Source: Candidatus Hermodarchaeota archaeon (GTDB taxonomy: Archaea > Asgardarchaeota > Thorarchaeia > Thorarchaeales > Thorarchaeaceae). From it: 64,000 bases of DNA. Positions within the stretch are counted from its first letter, which is position 1; each line of letters opens with the position of its first letter. Under the pieces are notes generated by a model that was given only the letters and a program-made list of their open reading frames with translations, searched no databases and had not been told where the DNA came from. Where the stretch lies: positions 63,306-127,305 of the forward strand of contig JBHLLF010000006.1 in the NCBI GenBank assembly GCA_048885865.1. The letters are read 5' to 3'. A program made the translations under genes and the position numbers. This document shows positions 19,391-29,820 of the stretch, one piece after another.

Positions 19391-20210
19391 GGAGTCTTCG
19401 TTCAATCATTAGTATTAGGAAGCTCACTGCAAATCCGATGAGACCTATTACTAGCATGCTTGAGATTACTGCTCCAGTCCAACCGACCTGCTGCATTGTC
19501 CAGATTAGATATCCCAAACCCTTGTTGCTGCCAATCATCTCCGCAGCTACTAGACACATCCATCCAATTCCAAAACCGATTCGCATTCCTGCAAACACCT
19601 CAGGTGCAGCTGACGGGATGACAACCGAGCTGAGTATCTTCGATTCTGATGCCCCGAAAGTCTTGGCAACATCAACATGGACAGGTTCCGTACGTTTGAC
19701 TCCGGTAGTGGTATTGATGAGAATTGGGAAGAAGGCACCCACCCAGATTATGAAGACCTGTGAATACAAAAGACTAGCAAAGATAAGGAGTGACAGCGGA
19801 ATCCATGCAATTGGTGGAATTGGTCGCATTGCCTCGACGACTGGTCCGAGGATGGAATCCACTACCTTATAGCGGCCAATTGCGATCCCAAGCGGTATCG
19901 CAGTGATTGCAGCCACGAAAAATCCTACAGTGACAATGAAGACACTCTGGGCAACATGATCTATGAGAAGAAAGCCCTGACTATCACCTTCAGTTGCCAG
20001 CCTAATGAAAGCGTCAACTACCTCCATGATGGTGCTTCTAGAGATGAACGCAATGATGGCCCAGAGTAGAATCAGGATAATTGCAGCCAGCAGCCATCTA
20101 ATGATGGATGAGCCAGTAAACCTTGAGTAGACTGATTGACCACTCTCATCCGGGTTTGGCAAGTCTGAAGTCTGAGCGACTGATGTCATTGTCTGAGAAG
20201 AGTCAGCCAC
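19362..20210 (-). CDS. NitT/TauT family ABC transporter permease
   Basis: RPIPPIAWIP, EAA-like loop (DVAKTFGAS), LVAAEM. Confidence 0.9.
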   Translation of the reverse strand: MADSSQTMTSVAQTSDLPNPDESGQSVYSRFTGSSIIRWLLAAIILILLWAIIAFISRSTIMEVVDAFIRLATEGDSQGFLLIDHVAQSVFIVTVGFFVAAITAIPLGIAIGRYKVVDSILGPVVEAMRPIPPIAWIPLSLLIFASLLYSQVFIIWVGAFFPILINTTTGVKRTEPVHVDVAKTFGASESKILSSVVIPSAAPEVFAGMRIGFGIGWMCLVAAEMIGSNKGLGYLIWTMQQVGWTGAVISSMLVIGLIGFAVSFLILMIERRLLKWRQEVSV

Positions 20211-20237
20211 CTGGCTTTCTTTTGATTCTACCGCTTT

Positions 20238-21236
20238 CTAACTCAAGGCGTTGTCTAGGAACGAAGTGTCAATGAAGCTGTCCAAGAAGCCACCTATGTC
20301 AGTCGGAATTCTATCAGGAAGCAGCTGTTCTTGATCTATCAGATAATCCAGATAAATCTGGATTCCTGTTCGATTAACATTGTAGTCATAGATTATCCTA
20401 CTAAATGCCGTTTCAACTGCAGTTACAGCATCTTCCATCTCTAACCAAGTGGCTGCTATCGAAATGGCTTGAGTCGGATTGTTCACAATCCACTCCTCAG
20501 CACGAACATGAATGTCAACGATAGTCTGAACAATGTCTGGCTTGACATTGAGAAATGTATTGGATGATGCCAACACACAGCATGGATGACGAGGCCAGAT
20601 ATCTCCAGACAGGATAAGTGGAACTGCCAAATTATCGTATTCCGCCCTAGCATTGAATGGCTCCCAAGCAATAAACGCAGGCTCATTTTCGGACAGGGAG
20701 TCTGCCATTAGTGCAGGTGAAGTTGATAGTGTCGTAATATCGGATGAGCTGAGTCCGGACTGGTTTAATGCCAATCGGAGGAGAAATGCTTGAACAGTTG
20801 AGGGGCCTGGTATGTAAACAGACTTGCCAGTAAGATTGGCCACCTGGGTAATAGCACCAGAGTCGTAGTCAGCCTTTCGAACCATTATTGCTGAACCCTC
20901 AAGGTTTGCTGATGCTAGAATGGTTATCATAATCTCTTGGTTTATCCTCTTTGTCAAAGCTGGAGCAGCTCCTAAATAGCCCATGTCAATCTCGTTCCCG
21001 AGAAACGCATCCATTTCTAAAGCCCCATTCCCGTACGCCTTCAGCTCGACTTTGAGGCCGGCTTCTTCATACCATCCATTGACAAGTGCCACACGAAATG
21101 CCAATTGATGAAGGTCCTTCTCGAGGTACCCAATTCTCACATCTGGCAATGTGGTTGGATACCATAAAGCGATCAATGCCGCTGAAGAAATCACAATGAC
21201 AACTACTGTTGCTGCTATAGCTTTATTTCTGTCCAT
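20238..21236 (-). CDS. NitT/TauT family ABC substrate-binding protein, N-terminally anchored
   Basis: N-terminal TM, RIGYL, IDMGYLG.AP, AWEPF, HPCC. ORF track start 21266. Confidence 0.88.
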   Translation of the reverse strand: MDRNKAIAATVVVIVISSAALIALWYPTTLPDVRIGYLEKDLHQLAFRVALVNGWYEEAGLKVELKAYGNGALEMDAFLGNEIDMGYLGAAPALTKRINQEIMITILASANLEGSAIMVRKADYDSGAITQVANLTGKSVYIPGPSTVQAFLLRLALNQSGLSSSDITTLSTSPALMADSLSENEPAFIAWEPFNARAEYDNLAVPLILSGDIWPRHPCCVLASSNTFLNVKPDIVQTIVDIHVRAEEWIVNNPTQAISIAATWLEMEDAVTAVETAFSRIIYDYNVNRTGIQIYLDYLIDQEQLLPDRIPTDIGGFLDSFIDTSFLDNALS

Positions 21237-21356
21237 CTTGAGTTGTCTCCTCTTTTGAGAGGTCATGCGGTAAATTGTCTATAGTTTACATATGAGGGTT
21301 GAGTTATGCCCTCTATCCTCAGAATGTTGATTAAAGAGTCTGGAGATAAATCAGCT

Positions 21357-21731
21357 ATGTCGCTCCGAGATCGGATTCCTGAACAACTCAGACTAAGAGA
21401 TGAGATAGTTGCCATCACCGTCAAGGAGGATGTTGAGGTCTTTCCAACAACGGATTATATCCTTCTGGAGATCTCGCCCAACGCTGGAAGAGTAGATATT
21501 CCAAAGATATCCAACACCATTCGAGACTTAGTAAAAAGTGACAAGAGAATGGTGGCAATCCGGGGATACGGCTTCAAGGGAGTTGGACTCTCCGTTAGGA
21601 TTGCTCATGAACTGAAGAAGAGAGAGAATAGATTCGTTTACGAGATGACCTTCGATACCTTTGAAGCCTCAGACCCTGAAACAGATAGACCACTAACAAG
21701 CGTGCAGATCATCATAATGCCGCCAGTATGA
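21357..21731 (+). CDS. Divergent Alba-superfamily (Alba/Rpp25/SpoVS-like) protein
   Basis: VAIRGYG..VGLSVRIAHELKKR and TFDTFE..PETDRPLTSVQIII parallel the Alba motifs IKARG.AISKAVD.E..R and VS.IEI. Confidence 0.55.
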   Translation: MSLRDRIPEQLRLRDEIVAITVKEDVEVFPTTDYILLEISPNAGRVDIPKISNTIRDLVKSDKRMVAIRGYGFKGVGLSVRIAHELKKRENRFVYEMTFDTFEASDPETDRPLTSVQIIIMPPV

Positions 21732-21739
21732 GAGGATGA

Positions 21740-23011
21740 GTGCAAACAAAACACAAGGAAACGGTTTTCTGCATTATGCAAGTACTGAAAGGTGGTGGTT
21801 TCGTGATAGGTGTTGGAAGGAAGAAACATTGGGGCCTTCTTACACTTGTGTTGCTTTTGCTCACCCCGGTTCTGGCATCGTCCACACAGGCATTTCACCT
21901 CGAAGGGAAATTACTGATTTCCGAGGCAGTGACTAACCTCAAGCCTGCGCAGTTCGAGGTTTGGGAACCGATATTTATCCAGAATGCCGAGGAATTTGCG
22001 AGCTATGGATTTCCCGGTAATGGGACAGAGTCGAATCCATACATCATTGAAAGGCTCAACATTTCAACCGTAGGAGAAACATGCATTTGGATTCAAGATG
22101 TTGATGTCAGCTTTGTCATTAGAAACTGCAGAATTCATAATCAACGCACATCGTTCCCGACAATCCGGCTCACAAATGTGCAGAATGCCACTATTGAAGA
22201 AAACAGCATAATTGGGGGATTCGAAGGAATTCATGGATCGCAGACAAGAAATCTTCAGATTCTTGACAATACTATATGCGATGGTGCCAGTGGGCTGAGT
22301 TTCAGCAATTCACTCAATATCACGGCTGAAGGCAATTCTGTATATCGACATACAATAGGAGTTGCCTTGAGCAATACATCACAATGTCTTTTCTCTACTA
22401 ACAGAATCTATGGGAACACTCATGCTGGATTCATGGTAGATCATACCTCTTCCAACAACTCAATCTTGTCAAACATCTTTGGTTGGAATGATATTCGCAC
22501 GTTTTCCTCTATCAATGCTGAAGACAATGGCAATAACAATACGTGGCTTGCCAACGCATGGTCCGATTATGCATCCCCCGGTCCTTACGGCGTTAGTGGA
22601 GTGGCCAACTCCCAAGACGCGCTTCCAACACTAGTGCTTGATCGAGAAGCGCCCATTATCAATTCACCAGATGATATTGTGATGGGAGAAGGCAACGACG
22701 TAAATGTCACTTGGTATCCAAGAGACGCATTTCCGCTGGAATACACTATCCGTATGAACGCAGTGACTCTCAGTACAGGCGCATGGTTTGAAAATGAATA
22801 CACGGTCAATCTGCGTAACTTGGAACCTGGGGATTACACTCTAACGTTATCTGTCGCGGACGGATCGGGAAACACTTCAGATGATATTGTGGAAATATCA
22901 GTCCTTTATGTCATCTTTTTGGATATTGCTACTGAGTTAGTTGCCTACGCATCGGCATTGAGTGTAGTTCTCTTCTTAGTTATTCTGTGCCTACTGAAGA
23001 AACGAACATGA
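21740..23011 (+). CDS. Cell-surface right-handed beta-helix (NosD/CASH) protein with Ig domain and C-terminal anchor, paralog 1
   Basis: Signal peptide, GNGT.SNPYIIE, Asn-rich PbH1 repeats, N.WSDY, C-terminal TM + KKRT. True start is possibly GTG 21803. Confidence 0.8.
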   Translation: MQTKHKETVFCIMQVLKGGGFVIGVGRKKHWGLLTLVLLLLTPVLASSTQAFHLEGKLLISEAVTNLKPAQFEVWEPIFIQNAEEFASYGFPGNGTESNPYIIERLNISTVGETCIWIQDVDVSFVIRNCRIHNQRTSFPTIRLTNVQNATIEENSIIGGFEGIHGSQTRNLQILDNTICDGASGLSFSNSLNITAEGNSVYRHTIGVALSNTSQCLFSTNRIYGNTHAGFMVDHTSSNNSILSNIFGWNDIRTFSSINAEDNGNNNTWLANAWSDYASPGPYGVSGVANSQDALPTLVLDREAPIINSPDDIVMGEGNDVNVTWYPRDAFPLEYTIRMNAVTLSTGAWFENEYTVNLRNLEPGDYTLTLSVADGSGNTSDDIVEISVLYVIFLDIATELVAYASALSVVLFLVILCLLKKRT

Positions 23012-23091
23012 AACTCAATTCATGCTTGGTTCTTAAAGCATAAGTAAGCTGGACGCAACGCTCTGACTACCAAGGGAGGCCGGATGACCTA

Positions 23092-24315
23092 TTGAGCCCT
23101 AGGCCGATTATAGCTTTATGCATGCTGATGCTCTTAGCTGTCTTTCCAACTGCGGGCATCACTGCAAACAAATCGAATATCAGCACGGCAAAGGGAGGAA
23201 TAATCGAACGTTCTATCACATCATCCAATATTGAACATCCGCAAATAGTCATCCGAAATGACAGGGATTTTCTTCAGCAAGGCTGGGAAGGAAACGGGTC
23301 TGCTTCAGATCCCTACATCATTGAGAACCTGAATATCTCTCTTGGTTCAGAAACATGCATCTTGATTTACAATGTGACTGCACACTTTGTGATTCGCAAC
23401 TCGTATCTCTCCACCAGTGATGATTTTGCATATAACATTCAAGTCATTACTTCCCGAAATGGGAGGATTGACAACTGCACTATCACAGGAGGGGGATATG
23501 GCATATCGATTTCATCTTCAAGTGGTATTGAAGTGACCAGCTCCACAATCTGTTCCACAGATATGGGCATATCAATCTCCAACTCAGAATTATGCTTCAT
23601 TGAATCAAACAAGATTTACGGAACGAAAACAGGAATCAGAGTCTACGACTCGATGAATAACACCGTGACAGCCAACAAAGTCTATCGTGCCGAGGAATGG
23701 GGCATAGCGATGGATTATTTCACAGGGAGTAATCGTATCTTCCATAATCATGTAGGCTGGAACGGTCCAGATGGGCAGCCTAATCGTGCATTCAATGCAT
23801 TGGATCATGGTCAAAACAACATCTGGGATGACAACATTAGCCAAGGTAATTTCTGGTCGGAATATGATGGCAGCGGCATTTATGCCATTGAGGGCACGGG
23901 GGAATCTTTCGATCGCTATCCCACCTACTTCAATGACACACAGGCACCCTTTTTCATGAACAGAGCAGAAGACTTAGTCTACGAGGTTGGCGACAGTAAG
24001 CGTCACCTCATCAACTGGACAGCTCACGACATGTTCCCATACAGATACGAAGTTGCCAGGGAAAATAGAATCTTTCAGTCAGGCATATGGCATCGTCAGA
24101 GTATCAGAGTAGATGTGGGAGGGCTTGATGAAGGCGTACACAATATTACAATCAGTTTCATTGATGGCTGTGGCAATTCAATCAGTGACTCCGCAATTGT
24201 TTATGTAATTCTCTACGTCTTAGGTGACATCGGTACTGACCTGGTAGGATACGCATCGATCATAGCTGTCTTTGTTGTCATGTCGATGGTCATCCTCATG
24301 CGGAAGAGGAGATGA
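23092..24315 (+). CDS. Cell-surface right-handed beta-helix (NosD/CASH) protein, paralog 2
   Basis: GNGS.SDPYIIE, GNFWSEY, D.YP, C-terminal TM + RKRR; colinear with paralog 1. Confidence 0.8.
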   Translation: MSPRPIIALCMLMLLAVFPTAGITANKSNISTAKGGIIERSITSSNIEHPQIVIRNDRDFLQQGWEGNGSASDPYIIENLNISLGSETCILIYNVTAHFVIRNSYLSTSDDFAYNIQVITSRNGRIDNCTITGGGYGISISSSSGIEVTSSTICSTDMGISISNSELCFIESNKIYGTKTGIRVYDSMNNTVTANKVYRAEEWGIAMDYFTGSNRIFHNHVGWNGPDGQPNRAFNALDHGQNNIWDDNISQGNFWSEYDGSGIYAIEGTGESFDRYPTYFNDTQAPFFMNRAEDLVYEVGDSKRHLINWTAHDMFPYRYEVARENRIFQSGIWHRQSIRVDVGGLDEGVHNITISFIDGCGNSISDSAIVYVILYVLGDIGTDLVGYASIIAVFVVMSMVILMRKRR

Positions 24316-24640
24316 ATATACATCCTGTTGCAGGGATTTAGCTGGCAAGCTGATAGAAACAGTTGGCCTAATTGAATAAGTAGACTAAAGTTCACATCGA
24401 GTAATATACAAATCAAATGACTTATCCAGCCCCTCCATTGCATCCCGCCATATTTCTTGGTTTCATCATTCCAATGGCCGTTGTAGCAGATATCTGTTAT
24501 TACATTGCAAAAAGGGAGTATGAAAAGACAAGAGAATACAGTGAAAGCATCTGAGACTAATTTATGGGAGCCGATAAGAAAAGCCTGGTTTAATTTTGAA
24601 ACTACTTAAATAGTAGTTCAACAATCCCGGACGGTTAAGT

Positions 24641-25372
24641 GTGGAGGTTGTTAATGTGCAATTTGAACTACTAGTAAACAGCATGGGAATTATAGGGATG
24701 ATTCCAATCTTCCTGCTGGTTCTCCTTATGCTGTGGGGTTTCATTGGGGGTTCAGGTCGAACCAGAACTCTCTCACTTCTAGCCTTTCTGGGATACCTTT
24801 TCGTGGCAATAGGATGGCTTGTAGTAACAATGGAACGAATGAATATGCCGCTAATGGATTGGGCTCTTGCTCGATATATCGACTTCGGGGTGAGGGGCAT
24901 CTGGCTTTTCCTACTAGCGGTGTACTGCTTCATCTGGGCTTTGCCAGACTTAATCAATGACCGCAAATGGCTAGTCATCGTACTCCTAATCTTGCCAATT
25001 ATCTATGAGGTGTTCATGATCGGCACCTTTGCAATTGCCCCTGGATTATATCAAGGTGCTTGGCTAGCCACAGAAGTAGTCCTCGTCACTATTTACATGG
25101 CCTTGATTCCACTCTACACCACTTTTCGATATGTTGGCCAAGACAGGGTCAAGGGTACTGCCAGAGTGATGTGGATATGGCTAACCTTGATCGGTGTCTT
25201 GATCTGGTTCTTCGGAGAGTTCCTACTAGGCATTAGTCAGCTGCTGAGTATGCCAGGTTGGGACTCGTTCTTCAGTAGCATTGGTCTAGCGATAGTGAGT
25301 ACACACGCAATCGGGTGGTGGATTATACTCCTAGGCAATTTCTTCCAGAGACGAGCACTCCAAACAGGTTAA
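24641..25372 (+). CDS. Stand-alone 7-TM membrane protein
   Basis: Seven hydrophobic segments in 243 aa and no soluble domain. Confidence 0.65.
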   Translation: MEVVNVQFELLVNSMGIIGMIPIFLLVLLMLWGFIGGSGRTRTLSLLAFLGYLFVAIGWLVVTMERMNMPLMDWALARYIDFGVRGIWLFLLAVYCFIWALPDLINDRKWLVIVLLILPIIYEVFMIGTFAIAPGLYQGAWLATEVVLVTIYMALIPLYTTFRYVGQDRVKGTARVMWIWLTLIGVLIWFFGEFLLGISQLLSMPGWDSFFSSIGLAIVSTHAIGWWIILLGNFFQRRALQTG

Positions 25373-25525
25373 TCCTGAATTAAGTCGACATGCTGCTCCA
25401 TCTTGGCCCATCAGCAAAGGGTCACGCAATTAGTGGAGGGCAGATTCAGGGGTCAGGCCATCAAATACTTAAGCAGGGCGAAGTGAGGCTCCCTCGTACC
25501 TTCCCCACGTAGGTGAAGATGAACA

Positions 25526-26101
25526 ATGGCGCTTGACTTTGCAAAAGGAATCACCGAGTTCCGCTGGCACGGCAGAGGTGGACAGGGTGTAGTCACCTCA
25601 AACCAGATGCTTGGAAAAGCAGCTCTCGCGGAAGGCAACTATATACAGGCGTTCCCCGAGTTTGGGCCAGAGCGGACCGGAGCCCCAGTGCGGGCGTTTC
25701 TGAGAATCAGCAAGAAGCCCATCCAGGTCTACGCGCAGGTCTATGCTCCAGACATAGTTGTGTGTATTGACCCGACGCTGCTAGATGTCGTGAACCCATC
25801 AGAGGGACTGAAGGAGGATGGAACTCTTGTTCTTAACACAACTTTGAGCCCTGATGAGGTGCGTGACAAGTATGGCTTCAAGGGCGGCAAGGTGGTCACG
25901 GTTGATGCGACATCCATTGCAATGGAGATTCTCGGCAGACCATTCTACAACATGCCGACGATGGCTGCGGCTGTGAAAGCCTCAGGAGTCGTCAAGATTG
26001 AAACGGTCATCGGCGAGGTTCTAGAGAGATACCCAGGGAAGATAGGGGATCTGAACAAGGCTGCGATGGAGAGAGCAATGGAGGAGGCAAAGATAGGATG
26101 A
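25526..26101 (+). CDS. porG: Pyruvate/2-oxoacid:ferredoxin oxidoreductase gamma subunit
   Basis: RWHGRGGQG, FPEFGPERTGAPV. Confidence 0.92.
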   Translation: MALDFAKGITEFRWHGRGGQGVVTSNQMLGKAALAEGNYIQAFPEFGPERTGAPVRAFLRISKKPIQVYAQVYAPDIVVCIDPTLLDVVNPSEGLKEDGTLVLNTTLSPDEVRDKYGFKGGKVVTVDATSIAMEILGRPFYNMPTMAAAVKASGVVKIETVIGEVLERYPGKIGDLNKAAMERAMEEAKIG

Positions 26102-26397
26102 GTGAAAAGTTCGACGAGATACCAATGGCTGGAAACATCATTGAGCCAGGAAACTCAAAGAAATATCTGACAGGTGGATGGAGAGCTGAGCGTCCCATAC
26201 ATGATTCTACGAATTGTCTCTGGATGAAGAATGGAACTTGTGGTCGCTGTTGGATATTCTGCCCTGATATGGCAGTCAGACTGATTGAGAATGTAGATGG
26301 CACTCGTTCCTACGAGTACAATTATGACTACTGCAAGGGATGCGGCATCTGTGCCAATGAATGCCCGACTGACAGCATCCACATGGAAGGTGAGTAG
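26098..26397 (+). CDS. porD: Pyruvate/2-oxoacid:ferredoxin oxidoreductase delta subunit
   Basis: TGGWR..RP, C..CWIFCPD, YDYCKGCGICANECP. Confidence 0.92.
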   Translation: MSEKFDEIPMAGNIIEPGNSKKYLTGGWRAERPIHDSTNCLWMKNGTCGRCWIFCPDMAVRLIENVDGTRSYEYNYDYCKGCGICANECPTDSIHMEGE

Positions 26398-26398
26398 A

Positions 26399-27592
26399 GT
26401 GACAGTATCACAAGATAAAATCACAGTTGAGGGTCTGACTGGTGACGCCGCCATCGCACATGCTCTAAAGCAATGCGATGTCGATGTTCTCGCGGCCTAT
26501 CCAATCACCCCGCAGACAATCATTGTTGAGGACTTTCAGAAGTTTGCTGCAGATGGAGAGGTCCATACAAGAGTGATTCCTGTTGAGTCAGAGCATAGCG
26601 CAATGTCAGCCTGTGTGGGAGCATCTGCAGTGGGAGCCAGAGTAGCAACAGCTTCCGCATCTGCAGGGCTAGCTTTGATGTGGGAGATTCTGTACTGTGC
26701 CGCATCAATGCGAATGCCAATTGTGTTCACCGTGGCAAACCGTGCGCTCTCAGCACCTATCAACATTCACAATGACCACTCAGATGGCATGGGGATGCGT
26801 GACAGCGGATTCATCCAGCTCTACTGTCAGAGCTCTCAGGAGGCCTATGACACCACTATCATGGCGTTCAAACTGGCTGAGGACCATGATGTTCTCCTTC
26901 CTGTGATGGTGGGAATTGATGGATTCATCGTTAGTCACAATGTTGAGAGAGTAGAGATGCTTCCAGATGATGAGATCAAGGAGTTTCTCGGTGTGAGAGT
27001 GCCCGTGCAGCCTCTGGATCCAAAGAATCCCATCACAATGGGGCCACTAGCCCTCACTGACTACTACTTCGAGTTCAAGGAACAGCAGGATAGAGCTATG
27101 GGGAGAGTCATTAAGAACTACAAGAAGGTAGAGGCGGAATTCAAGAAACTGACAGGCCGCTCCTACGGAATGTTCGAAACCTACAAGACCAAGGATGCGG
27201 ATATCATCATTCTCGCAATGAGCTCCATGGGAGGGACTGCCAAGGCTGTGGCAGACGTCCTACGGGATCAGGACGAAAAGATCGGGGTAGTTCGACTTAA
27301 GATGTTCCGCCCCTTCCCTGCGATGGAGATCGCAAAGGCAGTGAGCGGCGCAGAAGCGGTCATGGTATTCGAGAAAGCAATGTCATTTGGTGCAGTCACA
27401 CATCCCCTAGCGATGGAGGTCAGGAGTGCGCTCTACGACCATGAGAAGAGACCACTCGTCACTGACTTTGTCGTCGGTCTGGGAGGAAGAGATGTTCCTC
27501 CTGAAACATTCGTGGAGGGCATAGAGATGACAAAGAAGTACATCGAGAAAGGAAAGGCTCCATTGTACGAAACGTTGGGGGTGCGTAAGTAA
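26399..27592 (+). CDS. porA: Pyruvate/2-oxoacid:ferredoxin oxidoreductase alpha subunit
   Basis: AYPITPQT, ESEHSAMS, NRALSAP, GLGGRD; GTG 26399 preferred over the track start 26297. Confidence 0.92.
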   Translation: MTVSQDKITVEGLTGDAAIAHALKQCDVDVLAAYPITPQTIIVEDFQKFAADGEVHTRVIPVESEHSAMSACVGASAVGARVATASASAGLALMWEILYCAASMRMPIVFTVANRALSAPINIHNDHSDGMGMRDSGFIQLYCQSSQEAYDTTIMAFKLAEDHDVLLPVMVGIDGFIVSHNVERVEMLPDDEIKEFLGVRVPVQPLDPKNPITMGPLALTDYYFEFKEQQDRAMGRVIKNYKKVEAEFKKLTGRSYGMFETYKTKDADIIILAMSSMGGTAKAVADVLRDQDEKIGVVRLKMFRPFPAMEIAKAVSGAEAVMVFEKAMSFGAVTHPLAMEVRSALYDHEKRPLVTDFVVGLGGRDVPPETFVEGIEMTKKYIEKGKAPLYETLGVRK

Positions 27593-28545
27593 TGGCAGAA
27601 CCAGCAGCAGTTAGTATCAAAGACATGCTAAAGAAGAGCCCAATTCTGTCCTCTGGTCATAGGATGTGTGCCGGGTGTGCTGCGCCGACGGTGGTGAAGC
27701 TCATGGGTATGGCATTCAGGGGACCAACCATTGTGTGTGAGGCTACTGGATGTCTTGAGGTCGCCACGACAATCTATCCATATACTGCATGGGAGATTCC
27801 ATGGATTCATGTGGCCTTTGAGAACGCCCCAGCAGTCGCGTCGGGCGTCGTCGAAGCTATGGATGTGATGCGCGAAAAAGGTCGCTCTGAGTACGAGCAT
27901 GTCGATGTCATTGCTATAGGCGGAGATGGAGGAACCTTCGATATTGGGTTTGGCAGCCTCAGCGGAATGCTTGAGCGTGGACATGACATAGTCTATATGG
28001 TCTACGACAACGGTGCCTATCAGAACACAGGTATCCAGCGTTCCGGTGCCACTCTGCCTGGCCAGGAAACCACCACATCATGGGCTGGTAAGGTCGAACC
28101 TGGTAAGCGAGAGCGGAAGAAACCAATCGCTGATATAGTGGCCGCCCATAAGATTCCCTATGTGGCAACAGTCGACCCCTATCACTATCGTGACTTTGTT
28201 ACGAAGTTCAGGAAGGCAATTGAGGTCGATGGTCCTGCATTCATTCATGCATTCTCCCCATGTCCTCGAGGTTGGAGGTCTCCAAGTGGAAGAAGCATCG
28301 AGTTAGCAAAGATGGCTGTTGAAACCGGTATTCATCCACTCTATGAAGTGATCGATGGTGAAGAGTGGGTGATGTCGTCCCCCAGTAAAAACCTGAAGGA
28401 GCTAAAGCCGCTTGAAGAGTACTGGGAAACGCAAGGCCAGTTCAGACACTTGAAAGACTCGAAGTGGGACGGCTTCAAGAAGCAGATTCAGGACCAAGTC
28501 AATCATGATTGGGAGCTTCTGAAGAAACGATGTGGTCTTGAGTAG
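27592..28545 (+). CDS. porB: Pyruvate/2-oxoacid:ferredoxin oxidoreductase beta subunit
   Basis: GHRMCAGC, TGCLEV, GGDGGT.DIG, YDN.AY.NTG.QRS, SPCP.GW. Confidence 0.92.
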   Translation: MAEPAAVSIKDMLKKSPILSSGHRMCAGCAAPTVVKLMGMAFRGPTIVCEATGCLEVATTIYPYTAWEIPWIHVAFENAPAVASGVVEAMDVMREKGRSEYEHVDVIAIGGDGGTFDIGFGSLSGMLERGHDIVYMVYDNGAYQNTGIQRSGATLPGQETTTSWAGKVEPGKRERKKPIADIVAAHKIPYVATVDPYHYRDFVTKFRKAIEVDGPAFIHAFSPCPRGWRSPSGRSIELAKMAVETGIHPLYEVIDGEEWVMSSPSKNLKELKPLEEYWETQGQFRHLKDSKWDGFKKQIQDQVNHDWELLKKRCGLE

Positions 28546-28558
28546 GACCGCATTGATT

Positions 28559-29665
28559 CTACCCCAAATCAGACGGGTCTATTCCGCGTGAGAAGGCTTT
28601 GAGAATCCCCCAGTCCATCAGAGACTCCGGAGGAGTGTCCTTCTCCTCAGAATCGCGAGGCACTAATTGCAGCGCGTTCTCTGGGCAGCTGATAGTACAG
28701 ACACCACATCCTATGCATCGTTCTGCATTGACTTGAACGACATCTTCAGGAATGCTCAATGCATCAAAGGAACATCGGTTTATGCATGAGCCACACCCCG
28801 GACAAAGCTCGGCTTTGACAGCTGCTTGAAAGTTAGACCGAACGAATGCATGGGGCTGTTCCCACTTAGTCAGTCCCCTCAATGGCAAGCAGCAGCATGT
28901 GCAGCAGTTGCAGATGTAGAAATGATCTGTCTGTGTATTCATAGAACAATGGACTAGCCCTGACTCCTCGGCTTCACGTAGTATTTTGAGAGCCTCTTCC
29001 TTTGTAATAGCCTCAGTCATAGTAGTTTCATCAAATGCGTATTCTTTTCGGGGATGAAGTTGGATACATTTCGTCATGCCATGCTTGCAGGGATTTCCTA
29101 GGAGATTCTGCTGCTTCTTGCAGATGCAGTCGCGAACCCCCCACGACTTTGAATTCTCAATGATCTGTTCAGCCATTTCGTATGGATGGATTTCCAAATC
29201 AGTACTAATTGTCCGATGAATAGGAATCACCTTAAACAATGCAGGTGTATTGCCCCATAGTCCCTCAAACCTGCTACTATCCAAGTAGTCCTCTATAAGC
29301 TGGGCATATTCACCATCCATGCGGTCGACCTGTTCGTCATGAATACCTACAACGACAGGCAAAAGGGCATACCTTCGGCCTGTGCTAGAATTCCAGGCTC
29401 GTATCTGACCTTTATCAGCCATCTCTTCAAGTCGTTCCTCTAGACCTTCTGCATAAATCCCGAGTCTGTCAGCCATCTCATCAACTGTTTCACCACGCAG
29501 TTTCATATTGCTGGCTAAAATTGCTTCTTCGGGAGTGAAAATCCATTCTAGCAATCTCAGATGGCTGCCGTCTTCAGTAGGAGTGAAGCTATTGGGAATC
29601 TTATCTAGTGTTTCTGCAAGTCGCTCGTAAGGGTCCTTTGACATTCTAGGCACTTTCCGGTACAT
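28559..29665 (-). CDS. 4Fe-4S cluster-binding protein with N-terminal HTH-like region
   Basis: CIC..C..C, ICNCCTCCC, two C-terminal CxxCxxCxxxC ferredoxin motifs. Confidence 0.85.
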   Translation of the reverse strand: MYRKVPRMSKDPYERLAETLDKIPNSFTPTEDGSHLRLLEWIFTPEEAILASNMKLRGETVDEMADRLGIYAEGLEERLEEMADKGQIRAWNSSTGRRYALLPVVVGIHDEQVDRMDGEYAQLIEDYLDSSRFEGLWGNTPALFKVIPIHRTISTDLEIHPYEMAEQIIENSKSWGVRDCICKKQQNLLGNPCKHGMTKCIQLHPRKEYAFDETTMTEAITKEEALKILREAEESGLVHCSMNTQTDHFYICNCCTCCCLPLRGLTKWEQPHAFVRSNFQAAVKAELCPGCGSCINRCSFDALSIPEDVVQVNAERCIGCGVCTISCPENALQLVPRDSEEKDTPPESLMDWGILKAFSRGIDPSDLG

Positions 29666-29820
29666 AGTTGTTCAACTGCGGTCTGGTATCATATCGCTTT
29701 CCCAATATATGAGATTTGCCAACTCGCAATCGATATATCTTGAATAATCCCACTCGGAATGGATAAATCCAGCCGCTCATGCTAGATAGAAGAGGTCTCC
29801 ATCTGGAGAGGAGAGAGAAA

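Noticed and set aside
24417-24554. 45-aa ORF (MTYPAPPLHPAIFLGFIIPMAVVADICYYIAKREYEKTREYSESI) resembling a membrane anchor
   Set aside because: Too short, with no clear RBS and an Asp within the hydrophobic stretch. It could be a remnant but cannot be supported.
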